A DNA stretch of 64,000 bases from Yuukianura sp. NJ FZ-2021 (GCA_046563655.1 CM102287.1:2604001-2668000), one strand, 5' to 3'. Shown: positions 1-13,800, numbered from the stretch's first letter. A program made the numbers and translations. The notes: generated from the letters alone by a model not told the origin.

Positions 1-2
1 AA

Positions 3-758
3 TTCAAAGATCGGCAGGAAAATGTGTTGACCTTGGATGACCTCGCGGGGCTTCCGAATTTTCCAAAACTCAAAAATTTTGAAATTTGTGACCTGGAGAA
101 CCGTTGTCCAATGGGCACTCTGCGCCTGTTGGTTCCGCCCCCAATTCAAGACGAACACCAAAGTCACATGACTTTCTTGACTGCAGTGATGCAAAAAGCG
201 CCATCTTTGGACAAAATCAAAATCAGCAGAGTTGACCGCTACCTGTGCCCGATTCTGCAGCACATTCCAACTCTTTTCTCAGAAATGGATAGAACACCTC
301 CAGCACTGACCCTTGACCTTCACTTTATGCTGAGTGGTCACCCTAACCTGTACTCCAGTCACTGGGATTTCATGAATGAGTTGACCCGTCAAGGCTACAC
401 TCAACTGACTCAACTCTGTGTAACGATTTTAATACCGACGTTTACTCTGATGCTAGATTTTTGGGACTTCGTTCACCTTCAGGCTCTGCGACTACAAAAA
501 CTGGCACTCTACATTGTTTTTCTTGACGCGAACCTCTTTCCTTGGCGGTTGTTACGGTTTCCGGTCATGCCGAACTTGACCTCATTTGACCTCGTCGTGT
601 ACAACTTTGGGGACTTACCGCTCATGCCGATTGACGTCAACCCAGCACTTTTTCCCAAACTGGGACCCTTGACCACAGAGTACAACACTGACTTGATTCC
701 AAGACTTCGGTTCGGTCAGGTTGTAGTTACGAGCAACTCAAACCGAAACGAACAGTGA
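3..758 (+). CDS. 3' part of a Leu-rich, probably F-box/LRR-like uncharacterised protein (starts left of the window)
   Basis: The frame is open from position 3 to TGA at 756-758. It has degenerate LRR-like segments (FPKLKNFEI, APSLDKIKI, LQKLALYI, MPNLTSFDL, FPKLGPL) and AATAAA at about 848 and 865. The family is inferred; no F-box is visible in the window. Confidence 0.55.
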   Translation, partial: FKDRQENVLTLDDLAGLPNFPKLKNFEICDLENRCPMGTLRLLVPPPIQDEHQSHMTFLTAVMQKAPSLDKIKISRVDRYLCPILQHIPTLFSEMDRTPPALTLDLHFMLSGHPNLYSSHWDFMNELTRQGYTQLTQLCVTILIPTFTLMLDFWDFVHLQALRLQKLALYIVFLDANLFPWRLLRFPVMPNLTSFDLVVYNFGDLPLMPIDVNPALFPKLGPLTTEYNTDLIPRLRFGQVVVTSNSNRNEQ

Positions 759-2483
759 CCTCGAAATGAAAATTTAAAAAAAAATTTGAAAAAGTTGTGT
801 GAAGTGTCGTCGCATAATTTGGGGCCAATTTCGACTCCCCACTTTTGAATAAAACCGGAATTAAAATAAATTTTTGTAAAACTGGTTCATAAATTATTCG
901 AAAGTTGCGTTAAAGTCAAAAAATTGTCAAAACATTTGGTCAACCCCTGCTGGATTTTGGGTTTTATGAAACATTCCTACGAGCATCAGCCACAGCATCT
1001 TCAGAGATGAACATCAGTAGCAGCATCCCTGGTCCATCATCTGAACTGAAATGACCTCACAAGACGCCTTCCGGAGTGGCCCCATTGTCATGCTCCTCAT
1101 GTCCACTTTTAAGTGTCACACTTTTATAAGGGTCCACCAGTCACTAGGGTACTTAAGTCCCCTCGAAATGTCCAGTATTCAAAGACTTCAAGTACCTCCG
1201 GAGGTCATAACTTTAGAAAACGACAATCTCGTGACCTCTGACCTCCCGGACACAAAAGTTTTATAGAGTGACGATGATAAAAGTGACAAGATTGCACAGA
1301 AGCAACTGTTGATTCAAAAGTGAAGACTTCTTTTTCCATTGAATTCGGCCCCAATTTTGAAAAATTTTCACTCCTTCTCCAAAGATTGTCTTTTTCGGGT
1401 TCCCTTTTTTTAACCCCGAGAAACTCAAATGTCAAGGTCACTTTTTCAAAATTTAAAAAGTGAAATGCTCTTTTTAAAAATTTTGAATAGATTTTAATTC
1501 GTAGTAATCAAGTGTAAAATCTGTTTAGTCAGCGTGACCTGTTAGAATTGTGTTCTCCAGAATCCATCTGCTTGTGACTTGTAATTAGCTCTTCACTTTT
1601 AGTCATCCAAGCGTTTGACATTTGAATTGTCCCGCTCTCTCTCTGCGTTTCGCACCGAAGTTTGAATTGTCCCGTTCTCTTTGCATTCCTCTTCCACTGC
1701 AGTTCTGTGTTTTGTATTTTAATTCCTCATTTGGAATCTCATTTCGAAATTTGAGATGATTCAATTTGGAAATCGGAATGAGAGAGATGAGAGTGGAGTC
1801 ACAATTACTAAAATGTCAATCAACTCCCGCCTCAGAGGACAGATCATTTATTCACACTCTCATCTTCACAAGATCAGCAGCATCCATGGACCAAAACTTT
1901 CTTCTCATGCTGTACATTTAAATTAGATTTGCTACACTCTTGAATCCATAAACTCCTAAACTTAATCCTTTCCATTTCAAATGTCTGTCAAATCAAAACT
2001 TCCCGCTCTTTTTTTCATAACGAAATGAGTAATGATTCTTGAAGTCAAAGGTCACGGAAATCTCGATTTCCAATTACATTTTATCCAATTTCACCCAAGG
2101 CTAAAAGCCATTCCTCTGTGATTTCAAAATTTAAACTTAAAAAATAGTTTTTCGAAGTTTTTCATTTTTTTGAAATTGAAATTTTGAAAATTTGCAGTTG
2201 TTGGCTGTCCTGCACCCCGGGGCGTTTTGCCAAGAGAGAAAGTGACAGACACAGAAATTGGAGATTTGTGAAAAGTGACAATCTGTGATCTCCATCTTGA
2301 TCTTGACAGAGGAAGGGAAGGAAGCGTTGGAGCATAAGATTCTCTGGAACAAGTTTTTTAAAAAGTTGTGTTCAAACAGAGCATCTTATGTGTTTGAACA
2401 GACTTTATCTGTGAAGAAGTCTGTTGAGACTTAAGACTTGGTTGGAGGAATTCCCTTAGATACGATTTTCTGTAGGGCTTTTC

Positions 2484-2787
2484 GTGCACTTCTTTCATGA
2501 TTGGTACGACGCTCAGAAAACTACGACCACATTTTTTGTAGTAGCAGACGCTGCTAACTAACCCAGCGGACACCTTTTTCACGAAAACTTAATCTTTCCT
2601 CCAGAAATCAAAGGATTTCTGGAAGATGTTTCAGAAATCATAGAATTTTGCCTTACTTTGCCTCCTACGGCAAAGCATAACAAAATTCGTAAAAAATCTG
2701 CCTGCTGCATTAATTAGCAGCGTATGCTACTACGGAAAGTGTGGTCGTAGTTTTCTGAGCGTCGTATGAATCACGCAGGAAGTGCAC
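2484..2787. mobile_element. Degenerate inverted-repeat (MITE/foldback-like) element
   Basis: Arms of about 77 bp at 2484-2560 and 2711-2787 are reverse complements, sharing the core TACGACGCTCAGAAAACTACGACCACA. The spacer is about 150 bp and contains small hairpins. No clear TSD. Confidence 0.6.
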
Positions 2788-5563
2788 CAGAAGATTGGGT
2801 CAAAGTTCATGATTTTCTTGTTTACAGTTTACTGTTCACAGACTGCGTAACTGTAAGCTGGGGCGACTTAAGAATATAGTGGGAATTTTGATTTTGAAAA
2901 TTCAAAAGAAGGCAGTTTCGTTCTTTGTTCTTTCATTCACAGTCTCGTCAGTCAGTTGTCAGTAAGACAGCGATTGGCGAGTTATCATGGGTTGTGCAAA
3001 ATTTCAGTCGTAAAGAATCCATCCGTTGGGGTTTTTCATGATTACGTGGTGTGTAAATTCTGAATTCTCAGTCGTTGCCATGTCTACAAAACGTTCTTGG
3101 GCGTTATTTTTATTGACCTCCTGTCTCTCCTTAAGTGACAAAGACATCCCACTTCCTCCTGTTTCCTTTGTACTTCAAAATAACTTCCAGCCTCATTCAT
3201 TCCGAATTAGTCATCTTCCCAACTTCTAATTTCAGGAAAACATTTTCAAAAACAGCACACAAAACAAGAGTTAACTTAAACAAACTTCATTTTGGTCGAA
3301 CACAAAACCGGCGAAAAAAAATTTCAGCAATTCCTAATCCTCACCAAATTCAAGCAAGCTAACAAGTTACCATTTTGACCCAATCCGATTTTTAAGGAAA
3401 TATTTCAAATTTTTGGTTTAAAAAAATCACTAAAATGTATTTTCCTCGTTCAGGAAAAATCAAAATTTTTCAAAATTGCATTTTTTAAAAACACCATCAC
3501 ACTTTCTAACTTTCTACAGTATACTTTTGGAAAAAGTCAGGATTTAGGCTAAAAAATTCACTAAAGTGTAACCTCCTCATTCATGAGAAATCAAAAAGTT
3601 TTTGAAGTGAGCACTTCGATATTTTTGAATTTTGATTGTACGGGACAAAAAGGCGGGTATTTTGGAAACTAAAAAGGCGTGACCCCTTGTGACACTTCAG
3701 TTCATCATTTATGGAGATTCCATGTCCATGGTGGCCCTTCGTCAATGGATCATAAAATCCGGTTCATGTTTCTGAGGGGGGACTTAACAATGATGGAGGA
3801 GAAAGTAAATTAATTGAAACGCCATTAATCAAGGGCCCCCCTCCATTGTCCCTATCATAGTCAACCTAAAAATTCTGGGAATTCAGCAACAATGGACCCC
3901 AGGATCTGCTCGTCCCTTTGTTAATGGCCCAGGGGATGCACAGGAGCCCTTAAGGGTCCAAGGGACAGTTGCCATTTAAAGTAAATAGAAAATAACAAGG
4001 TTCGGTTCAAATTCGGATGAATAGAAAGTGTAAACTTTTAGGAAAAAGCGTGAGAGAAAAGTCAGTTTTATTGTGGGGCCGAATTCAACTGAAAATTAAA
4101 AGCCAATTTTAACCCTAACCGAGTAATGTCAAAACCGTAAACACAATGAGAGGCACAAGCACAGCGAATCTTTCCAAAACCAATGAATCTTTCCAAATTT
4201 TGAACAATTCAAAATCAAAATGTCCTTTTTTGTTCTTTTCAAACAGAAGTCAGGTTTTTTGAAAATTCTAAAACTGGTTTCAATTCCTGTTTTGAAAACG
4301 GTGTTCCGCATCTGGTGACCGGCGTGACGTTGGGCGACTGAGCAGAACGGAAAGAAGTGACACTTCCAATTAGTCTCCAAATTACTCAAAAACTAATTTA
4401 GAACAAATGTGGCTTAACTCAGAACAGAATTGGGTTCCAAACATAAGATTTCCATTTCAAAAAACAAGTTTCAAAAAGTGACCTTCTGACCTCACTTCCA
4501 AAAGCTGAAGCTCCACTTTTTCTAATTTGGGAAACTATTTTGGTTTCTGGTTTCTGTTTCAAAAAGCTTTTAAAACAGAGTTTCTTGGGAAAAAAAGTTT
4601 TAGAAATCGGGTTACCCCAAATCGTGACAAATTCGCCAAAAATTTAAGAAATTTTGCAAGTTAAAGTAAAAACAGTGACAAGCTGAAAAATAATTTTGAA
4701 AGCCTGCTTCTGTTTTGTCTTCGGAGTGCGAAAAAGCTTTTCAGCTGTTTCATAAATCTTGTTTTAAATTTTGTTCTAAAAGTTATTATGACATGTTCAA
4801 GTAAGCGTAGGTTTTAACTTTCTCGCTTCATCCAAATTTGATCCTTCAGTCCTCAACATGGTGATGAGCACGAGAGCCCTTAAATAGAGCCCTTGAAGTC
4901 TTATGGCAAGGGGCCCTTAAGTCCTCAGATTTGTCGACTTCAAAATTTGAAAATTTTACTCCCGCAGAGGAAGAGGACTGAAAATGGGTCCTTCTTTTAA
5001 ATTTCAGCAGCGGTTTGTACAAAAGCTGTTCTGTTTGAACATGTTTTTTAAATTTTGAACACAATTATGGTGGATTTAGAAATGTTCACAGTTTGTAACT
5101 GCAGAAGGAGGTGGTGGCCAAGTTTTAAATTTTGGACGAGATACAAGTGGCTTTTTGTAATCCGGGTTCCAGTGATCTCCGCATGTTCCTCTTTAGATTT
5201 ATCATCTTCCACTTTCAGTTCATCTGGCACATCTTCACTTTTCAAACTTTTAGAACAGCATTCAGTGTTCTAAATTTTTAGAACAGGATTTGAAATGGTT
5301 TGGTGAAAGTGAGTGGGACGGAAGAGGGAGATCAAAACAAAATGACAAATGTCAAGCAAGTGTTAAAACCAACACTTACCCTCCTACGATTTGTCGCATC
5401 ATTGCATATTACAACCTACGACGACTTCAAAAACTACTTTTTCAAAAAATTAAGCAAAAAAAAAATGTTGGAAAACAATTTTTTTTCGGGTGTGACAATT
5501 TTGACGTTTCGAAATTAGCTTAATTTCCGGGAGATTAAGGCCAGTTCACAACGGTTTCTGCAA

Positions 5564-5662
5564 AAACAGAAAAAAACGCGAAAAAAAATATTTAAAAAAA
5601 CGCGTTTTTTTAAAATATTTTTTTCGCGTTTTTTTAAATATTTTTTTCGCGGTTTTCTGTTT
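5564..5662. repeat. AT-rich near-perfect palindrome with an internal duplication
   Basis: AAACAGAAAAAAACGCGAAAAAAAATATTTAAAAAAACGCGTTTTTTTAAAATATTTTTTCGCG...GCGGTTTTCTGTTT, centred on ACGCGT at about 5602. Confidence 0.75.
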
Positions 5663-7344
5663 CGTGTTTTTAGTTGTATGTTTTTTTTGGATTGAATTAA
5701 ATTTTTTCCAGTTGGTTACTTTGAGGATTGAGTAGGTGCTGGAAGCCTAATGACCACCCGAGTAGTTCCAGACCATAAATCTCTCTGCTGAGAAGCTGCC
5801 TTAAGGAACCCTCACCTTCAGGTAACACAAACATTAAAGTTGTGAAGGGACCCCTTAACCTTTGTCATGAATCTTCCCTTAGTCTATGTCTTTTGTTCAA
5901 GGATCAAAATATTGGTTCACACAAAGCACACAGAAATGCTGCGGCTGCAATGGGATTTCCCGCTTCAAAACTTTTGCTTAGCTCAGCGCTTTGCTTTTTT
6001 AAAAATTCACCGCAAGCTAAAATCAAACAAAAGAAAATTCAATCTCTGCACCTTGGAATTTTTAAATCCAAAGGTGCTCAACCATCGTCAAATTTTGAAA
6101 ATTCAATTTCGAAATTTTGAAAATAATCTCAGAAATGCTTAAAAGCTGGTTGAACAATTTTGCTAAAATGAAATTTAGATGAACATAAGACCGTCAGTTA
6201 CCGCTTCTTTGTACATGCTACTCTTCTTTCTTTTTTTTTATTCTCAAGATTTTTGCTTCATTTTAAATAAAATTTCAAAAAATAAAAAATTTGAAAAGTA
6301 TTTTAAAAGTTGGCTAGAATGGTATTATGATTGACGAGCAGTTGTCTGTTGAAGCCAAAAAGTAATGAATGAGGTGTGCCATTAAGCCAAGGGTCGCAGG
6401 GCACCCTTAGCTTCTTTTTCAAAAACACTTTTTCAAAAAAAAAAAAAAACTTTTTCAAAAAAAGTTACTTAAGACTTGTGTTTGAAGTCTACCTTTTTTT
6501 GAAAGTGGAGTATTTTCTAAGAAGTTAAGAAAATGATTTATGACTTTCAGAACCTAACCTCAAGGGCCCCCCTTTTCAATGCAACTTCCAAATCCGGATG
6601 CCTTTTCAAAGGGCCCCTCCGAATTCAAGCTCAAATGACTCTGAAATTGGCCTGTTGTTGTCCAACGTTGTGACAGGAGTTATGTCCACGATGGTCACGG
6701 TTGGAGGTGACACAGGTCACCCAGGTTGTGTCCATTGTGTCACAGAGCCCTTAAGGGCCCTCCTAATGTCATCCTGGCATAAGAAGGGCCCTTAAGCTCC
6801 GTATTACAATTTCCTTTATCCTAATCCTACCTTATGCTAAAAGATGTTAAGGTGCAGAGGGGCCCTTAAGTCCCAGAATTCAAAGAATAGGAAGATTCAA
6901 AAGACTGGAAATTCAAAAGAAGTTTTGGTGTACAGTAAGCGAGTTCAATCGATTAGAAATTGTTGAATGCCTTTTTCAATAAGATCTCTGTGCTGCTGGT
7001 TGAAAAGAGAACCGCGGCGGTTTGAAAAAAGAACGCGGCGGTTTGCGGTGGTTGAGATTCACCTTGAAATTGGTTTTTATTCAAAGGAAGAAGACGTGTC
7101 TGTTGAGACTCCTTTGTTCCTGTGGACATGCTTCAAATTGGAAATTGCCTCTCTGCTTCTGCGCATGCTCAATGAATAAATTTCCCATACAGTCACTTGT
7201 CTGTCATGTCAGCCGATTTTGACAAATTGTCTTTTAGAATTTTCAAAATTTTGACTAAGATACCGAAATTGGGTCACGGCTCCAGATTTCGACGCCGTCG
7301 GTGGGTCCGGGGCTTAACACTCTCATTGTTTTAGAGTTCCCGCG

Positions 7345-7545
7345 TTTTTAGTGTTTTAGTGTCTCACAGTTTTCAGTGTTTTCTTGATTCGAGTGTTCTA
7401 GTGTTTCGCTTTTTCAGTGTTTCAGTGTTTCCCTGTTTCCAATGTTTTAGTTTTCTTGTGTTTTTCTTTTTTCATTATTTTAGTGTTTTCCTGTTTTCAG
7501 TGTTTTGTGTTTCTGTGTTTTCAGTGTTTTTAGCACTGTTTTAGC
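7345..7545. repeat. Degenerate simple tandem repeat (TTYAGTGTT-like)
   Basis: Many copies of tttagtgtt/ttcagtgtt, T/G-skewed. Confidence 0.7.
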
Positions 7546-10500
7546 ACAATTAAATTGCAACGTGTTTAGAAATCTGGAGAGGAGAGAAAGCTAGATTAGG
7601 TTATGGTTAGGCTAAGGTTGTGTTAATGAAAGTTATAGTTTGGTTTCACACCCTGGGAATGAGTTGTCGTAAGTAGTTCTAAATTAATTAAACCTTGGAC
7701 CAAGGGTTTTAGAACCTGATACAAGGAGGAAACTAATTAGTTTTAAGGACGAAGGCCTCTCAAGGGGCTCCACAATGCTCTCCAATCATGCCTGGATGCT
7801 TGGAGGGAGTAACTATGCTTTCTCTCAGCACTTGGAATTCGGAGGGAGTAACTATGCTTACTAAAAGTTCATGAGTAACACCGTCGAGATGCATTTTATT
7901 AAGCAACCAAATGTGCACTTTTTATTACTGATGCTCTCCCTCCGGAATTCGGTCCACACTTTACGGTGCCAAAAGTTCTTTCTCCGACGGTGAAAAAATT
8001 TGGTGAAGTTGTGAAAAAATGTTGACCTTTGACTTTGGAATTTTGAGGTCAAAATACTTGCTGCCTTGCGATTAAACGCTGCTGAATATTTTTTGACCGC
8101 GTGACCTGGAAAATCGTCCAACATTACGAAGTTTCATTTTGATCACGGTTTCGGGAAAGTTGAAATTTTTTCTTGAAATGAAGTGATCAAATTCCAGAAA
8201 AGTTCTTGGAATGTCTTCGCACTTAAAGTCTTCATTTGTTCCAGATTTCGAGGGGACCCTTTTAAGGCTTTAAGGGCCCACAAAATTTATGAATCTGGCG
8301 AGTCTCGTTTCTAACTAAAAGGAGGAAGGACAGACGAGAAGCGACAAAATGTAATTTAGTACAGTGAAATTCAAAACAAGGAAATGTCACCCTCATTTGT
8401 CCTCAAACGACAAAGTTTTTGTGGAAGTCATTTGTATGCTTCCTCCAATTACAATTTCCATTAGGTTGGGCATTAGGCTAAGGACATACACTTTTCATTA
8501 GGTTAACTTTCAAATGGAAAACAATTGTAGTTAGATGTCATTAAACTAAACCACATTTAATGGAATTACAACTCCACTCTGACACGATAACAGAAGAGAG
8601 TAGAAAAAGAGAGGAAAAGAGAGAGAAAACTTAATGAAATTCTAACCTGATTTTCTCTTTCAAAATCTTCATGATAAAAAAAACTTTCTCCAACTTTTTT
8701 TTTCTCCGACTTTTTTTTCAGGTCAAGTTATGCTAACATACCTCGGTTTACTCCAATTTTCTAATTTTTGTTCCCAACCAACTTTTTCTTTCATTTTTTT
8801 TTTGGAAAAACCCACTTTCTCTGGCTTTGTTTTCACTTTGGGCTAAAATAAGATGTTGACTTGCCCTAGAGATACGGAAAAGCGTTCACTTTGCGGAATG
8901 AAAGTGGTGGAGGTCCCTGGGGAGCTCTTTTTTCTTCTCAGAATCCAACGATATGAGAAACCTCATCTGAGTTAGGCTAAGGTTAGGCTAACGTTAGGTT
9001 GCGGTTAGGTTAGGCTAGGAAATAAATTAAATATTAATAAATCCAGGGAGACTGACCATAAATTAGGGGTTAAGGAGGACGTAGAGCAAAGCCCATAACC
9101 TCCCGCCCTTTGTCTTCTTTTTACTCAAACTCTCTTTCTCACAAATAAAATGCATCATCATAAATTCATGAATGAGCAGCAAGAGATGAAAGAACGGACG
9201 GAAAACAATACGGAACAAACAGGTTCCTCCTTCTGCCAAAAGGAACCTTCCAGCTCCTTACAATTTTCAAAAATTAGTCACTCAGAAACAGAATATCCAA
9301 GCAGCATCTTAAGATCATGATCACCAGCATCCAACATTCAACATCCAGCATCTAAAATTCAACATTCAGCATCCAGCATCTCTGATCTTTCCTCCTTCTA
9401 AACCGAGATGACCGCACAAGACGCCTTTTGGAGTGTTAATCCAAAAACGGTTTTAAACTTTTTCATTGAATTCGGTCCCAATACTTTTGAATTTTTTTTC
9501 TCATTGTTCAAAAGTTTCTATTTCTGGAATGAATGTTTAGAATTGAGTTGATTTTTGAAATTATCGAGTATCTCCGCAGTATTTAGTATCTCTGCAGTAT
9601 CTGTTATCGTGGGAAGTGTGAATTCTCACACTTTGTGCTGAATTGAGAATAGTTGTGAGATTCTATTGTTGTTTTTGTGTTTTGTTAGGGTGTTGTTGAC
9701 TCCTTGGAAGGATGAGTCCTGGGGTGGGATAACAATGAATCACGTTTAGAATTGCTCAAAAGAAGAAATTGGTTGGAATGGACGCATTTCCTGAGCAGTG
9801 GGTGCCATCTTATTGTTGTCCTAAAGTCAGATCTGTCTTTTGTTCAACTTTTTTTGTTCAAATTTTGACCAAATTCAAAAAAGTGGAGCCGGAACCACCG
9901 GGACGGTGTGGTTTAGCATCGAGGAGGGCCAGGGGCCCTGTTGACACTGGACAAAAACAAGACTCAGTGGGGAACGTTTTTAGTTTCATTGTTCACTTTT
10001 TCAAAAAAGAATCAAAAAGTAACAAAAATCTGAAAAAAAAAGTCAAAGATACACAGATGACATTTCAAAAAAAGTTTCGGACTCACAAGTAAATTTTCAA
10101 CAAAGAAAACCGGAAACAGATTCAATTTTTTAAGCCAACTTGAATTCTCTTTTTGAAAAAGTTTGAACTTTTCTTGATTTTCATCTAAGCGTTTTCTCTT
10201 TTTTGTTTAATATTAAAGCGTTTCTGTTTAATTTGCATCCTAAGTACCCCCAAGTAGATTTTTGGTGAGGGGCCCTTAAGGGACTAGGCTAATTGTTAGG
10301 CTAACTTTTAGGTTATGTTGTTAGGTTAACTTCACGTTAGGTTGTACAGGAGGCAGATGTAAGTTGTTTGGCGAAGGGAAGGAACAAAGGAGGAGTTTTC
10401 CAATACGTTTTTCAACTGTAGCAAACAGAGGGTTTTACCCGGCTACTTTTCTTCAGTTTCTCTCCAGAAGTCACAAGAACCACACGTACAACAAGAGCTT

Positions 10501-10804
10501 AACAAAAGTTTTTCAAAAAGTTTAGAAGATTTTAGAAACAAGTTTTTTAAAAAACTTTTTCCAAAAAGTGTCAATCACAAAATACTAAACAGTTTTATAC
10601 AAAAGTGAAATGTGAAACCCGCAACCTCCAATTTTTCAATTCTCCTAATTTTGTTTTCAAACTCTCCACTCACCTGGAATTGAAATTCAACTTTTTAAAA
10701 ACTTTTTGAAAAGTTTGGTGTGAACAACTTTTTAAAAAAAGTGAGCAAGTTTTAAAAATGTTTTCTTTTGTGTCTTGGCATGGAAGAAAGTAAGTCAAGT
10801 GAAC

Positions 10805-13800
10805 ATGGGTTCCTCTGGGTTTCTCTGTTTGACTTTCCTATTGTTCCTCCCTGCAGTCTTCAGTGGACAGCCACATTGTTCGTGGCTTCCGGCCCCACCA
10901 AGCCCCACCAAACTTTCACTCAAGTGCGAACTCCGGAAACTCACTGTAGATTTTTTGAATTACACCGTCCCACCACCAACTTCCGACCAAATCAAAGCCA
11001 CCTCCGACGTCTCTCTACTTTGCAACGCTCAACTTCTGTTCCAAAGTTTTTTCGATTCCAGCCTTCCGATTTTCCGATTTCAAAATTTGGAGTCCCTTGA
11101 AGTCGAAAATTGCAAAATCCGAAAAATCGAACCACTTCTACTGTCCAAATTTGGATTTCTGAAGAGATTGGTCCTCCACAGTCACAATGGTGATTGGAGT
11201 GGGGCGGTGGGGCTTGAAGTGGCTCAAGGTGGGTTCGATGGCCTGGTGGGGCTCAAGTGGCTCGATTTGGCCCACAATAACATTTGGACTTTACCGGAAA
11301 ACTTGTTTTGTGGACTTGGTTCTCTGGAGAGTCTTATTTTGAGTTGGAACAAATTAACTCAAGTGTCATTGACCAATCAGGAGACAGAAAAGTGCCCATT
11401 GTGTGAATCACTTGTGAATTTGGACTTGGCTGAAAATTCAATTCGGACAATTGGGGAAAACAGTTTTGGAAATTTGAAAAACTTGAAAAAGTTAAAACTT
11501 GAGAGAAACGCGATTGGTCAATTTGAAAACAGAGCGCTGATTGGTTTAAATCAATTGCAACTGCTGAATTTATCCAGTAATAGAATTGCATCACTTCCCC
11601 AAAATCTGTTTCAAAATAATCAACTTTTGCAAGTTTTGGATTTGGGTAAGTTTCAAAAAACTTTCACTTTTTAAAACTTGAAAATTCGATTTTTTTTTTA
11701 AATTGGTGAATTTTTGGGTGAACTACGATTTTCAAATTTTTTTTATAGGAAACAACTTAATAGCGGAATTAAATGGAGCAGAATTCAGCGCCTTGGAAAA
11801 TTTGAGACAACTTAATCTCCAATCAAACAGAATTCGGTTTATTTCAAACTCAACTTTTTTGAATCTCCCGCGTCTCGAAATTTTAGTTCTCGAAAACAAC
11901 CAATTAGAAACCATCGACGCACAACTTTTTATCGCGCAGACGCAGTTGCGACATTTAGATTTGTCGCGGAATCGTCTAACGGCACTCCATTCTTCACTTT
12001 TTCAAAATATATTTCAACTGCGCCAACTTTATTTAGACTACAACCAACTACGTCGAATCGAAGATCCTACTTTTCAGAGCAATTCAAATTTAAAAGACCT
12101 TGGACTTGCCGCCAACTTACTTTCTGAAGTACCCAGGGCCCTTAACTATGCTTCAGGACTGGGGGCCCTTGAAAGCCTTGACCTCGGTGAAAACCGGATT
12201 ACACAAGTATCCAACGACTCTTTTAAATTTCAAGGTCACGTCTACGGCCTTCGCCTCGTTGGAAACCGGCTAACTGAAATTCCGGCCGGGTTTTGCTCAT
12301 CCCTAAAAAAACTGCATGTTTTGAATTTGTCCCAAAACCGAATTCAGAAAATTTCAAGTTCGGCTTTCACAGGATGCCCGGATTTGAAGGCTCTGCGGCT
12401 CGACCGAAACGATTTAGAGGAATTACCGCCCCTTTTAGCTCCGCAACTTCCATCTTTACTCTGGTTGAATGTTTCGGAAAACCGAATTCGGAGAACAAAT
12501 TTTTACGATTTTCCGACAACTACCGAATGGCTGGATTTGAGCCACAACAGACTCGTTTTTCTCGGCGGTGTTTCGACTTCAGTGTCCTTGATGAATAAGG
12601 GCTTCAAGGGCCCTGTCCAGTACAATCTGCGTGTGCTGGACATTTCATTTAACAATCTGACTCATCTCGACTCCAGCACAATTCTACCGAAACTGGAAAC
12701 ACTTCGTGTCAATTTTAATCAATTACGCTCTGTTGCATCCGATACTTTTGGAAGGGCCCTGAGACTTAGAAGGGTTGAACTAATCGGAAATCAATTGAAT
12801 TCGCTCCCTCTGTCATCCCTTAGACTTCCCTTGGATGGACAGGAGGGTGACTTTTCGGCTGATTTGTCAGAAAATCGGAAAACTTCTGCTGATTTCTCAG
12901 AAAATCAGAAAATTTCGGCTGAATCTGAAGGAAATCGGAACTCTTCGGCTGATTTTCCAGGAGATCGGAAAACTTCGGCTGATTTTCCAGGAAATCGGAA
13001 AACTTCGGTTGATTTTCCAGGAAATCGGAAAACTCCGGTTGAAGTCCTCCTAGGCGGGAATCCTTTTGTGTGTGACTGTTCCATGGAGTGGTTGACTTCG
13101 ACCGGACTTGGACCGATGTACCCACGGGTCGTTGACCTGCAGCAGATAAAGTGCAGATCAGTGATTTCTGGAGGAACAAAGGAACTGATAGCCCTTCCGG
13201 ACATGAATCCAACTGACTTCCTCTGTCCCTACTCTGCCCATTGTTTTGCCCTGTGTCAATGCTGTGACTTTGAAGCCTGTGACTGTGCCCAGTTCTGTCC
13301 AGACAACTGCACTTGTTATCACGACGCTTCCTGGACAGCCAACATCGTCCAATGCTCTGGATTAGCACAAACTACTCTCCCTTCCAGAATACCCATGGAC
13401 GCTTCTCAGATTTTACTCGACGGAAACAATTTCAGAGAATTAGGCAGCCACATCTTCATTGGCAAGAGAAACGTTCGTGTTCTCTTTTTAAACAACTCGG
13501 GCCTTGAAACCATTCGCAACAAAACTTTTAACGGGCTGAGGGCCCTTGAAGTCCTCCGACTCGATTCCAACTTTTTGCAAGTTTTAAATGGTCATGAGTT
13601 TGCAGATTTGCCAAATCTAGAACAACTTTATTTGCAAAACAATTTAATCTCTAGTATTGCTCCAAATACTTTTGCAAATTTGAGGGCCCTGCAAATCCTC
13701 AGAATTGACGGAAATCGTCTGACGGAATTTGCAATTTGGGATTTAAGTGCCAATTTCAATTTGAATCAACTCAGAATCTCTCAAAATCCTTGGTCCTGTT

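Noticed and set aside
4846..5273. Short ORFs with an acidic, protein-like stretch (MKSEDVPDELKVEDD..)
   Set aside because: Non-ATG starts, no coherent exon chain and no recognisable homology.
7802..7856. rRNA gene fragment
   Set aside because: The match to 28S is only about 16 nt and does not extend. It is kept only as a motif observation.
10775..11748. Toll 1 (and likewise Toll 2) as split or frameshifted pseudogenes
   Set aside because: Canonical GT-AG introns join the ORF pairs in frame.
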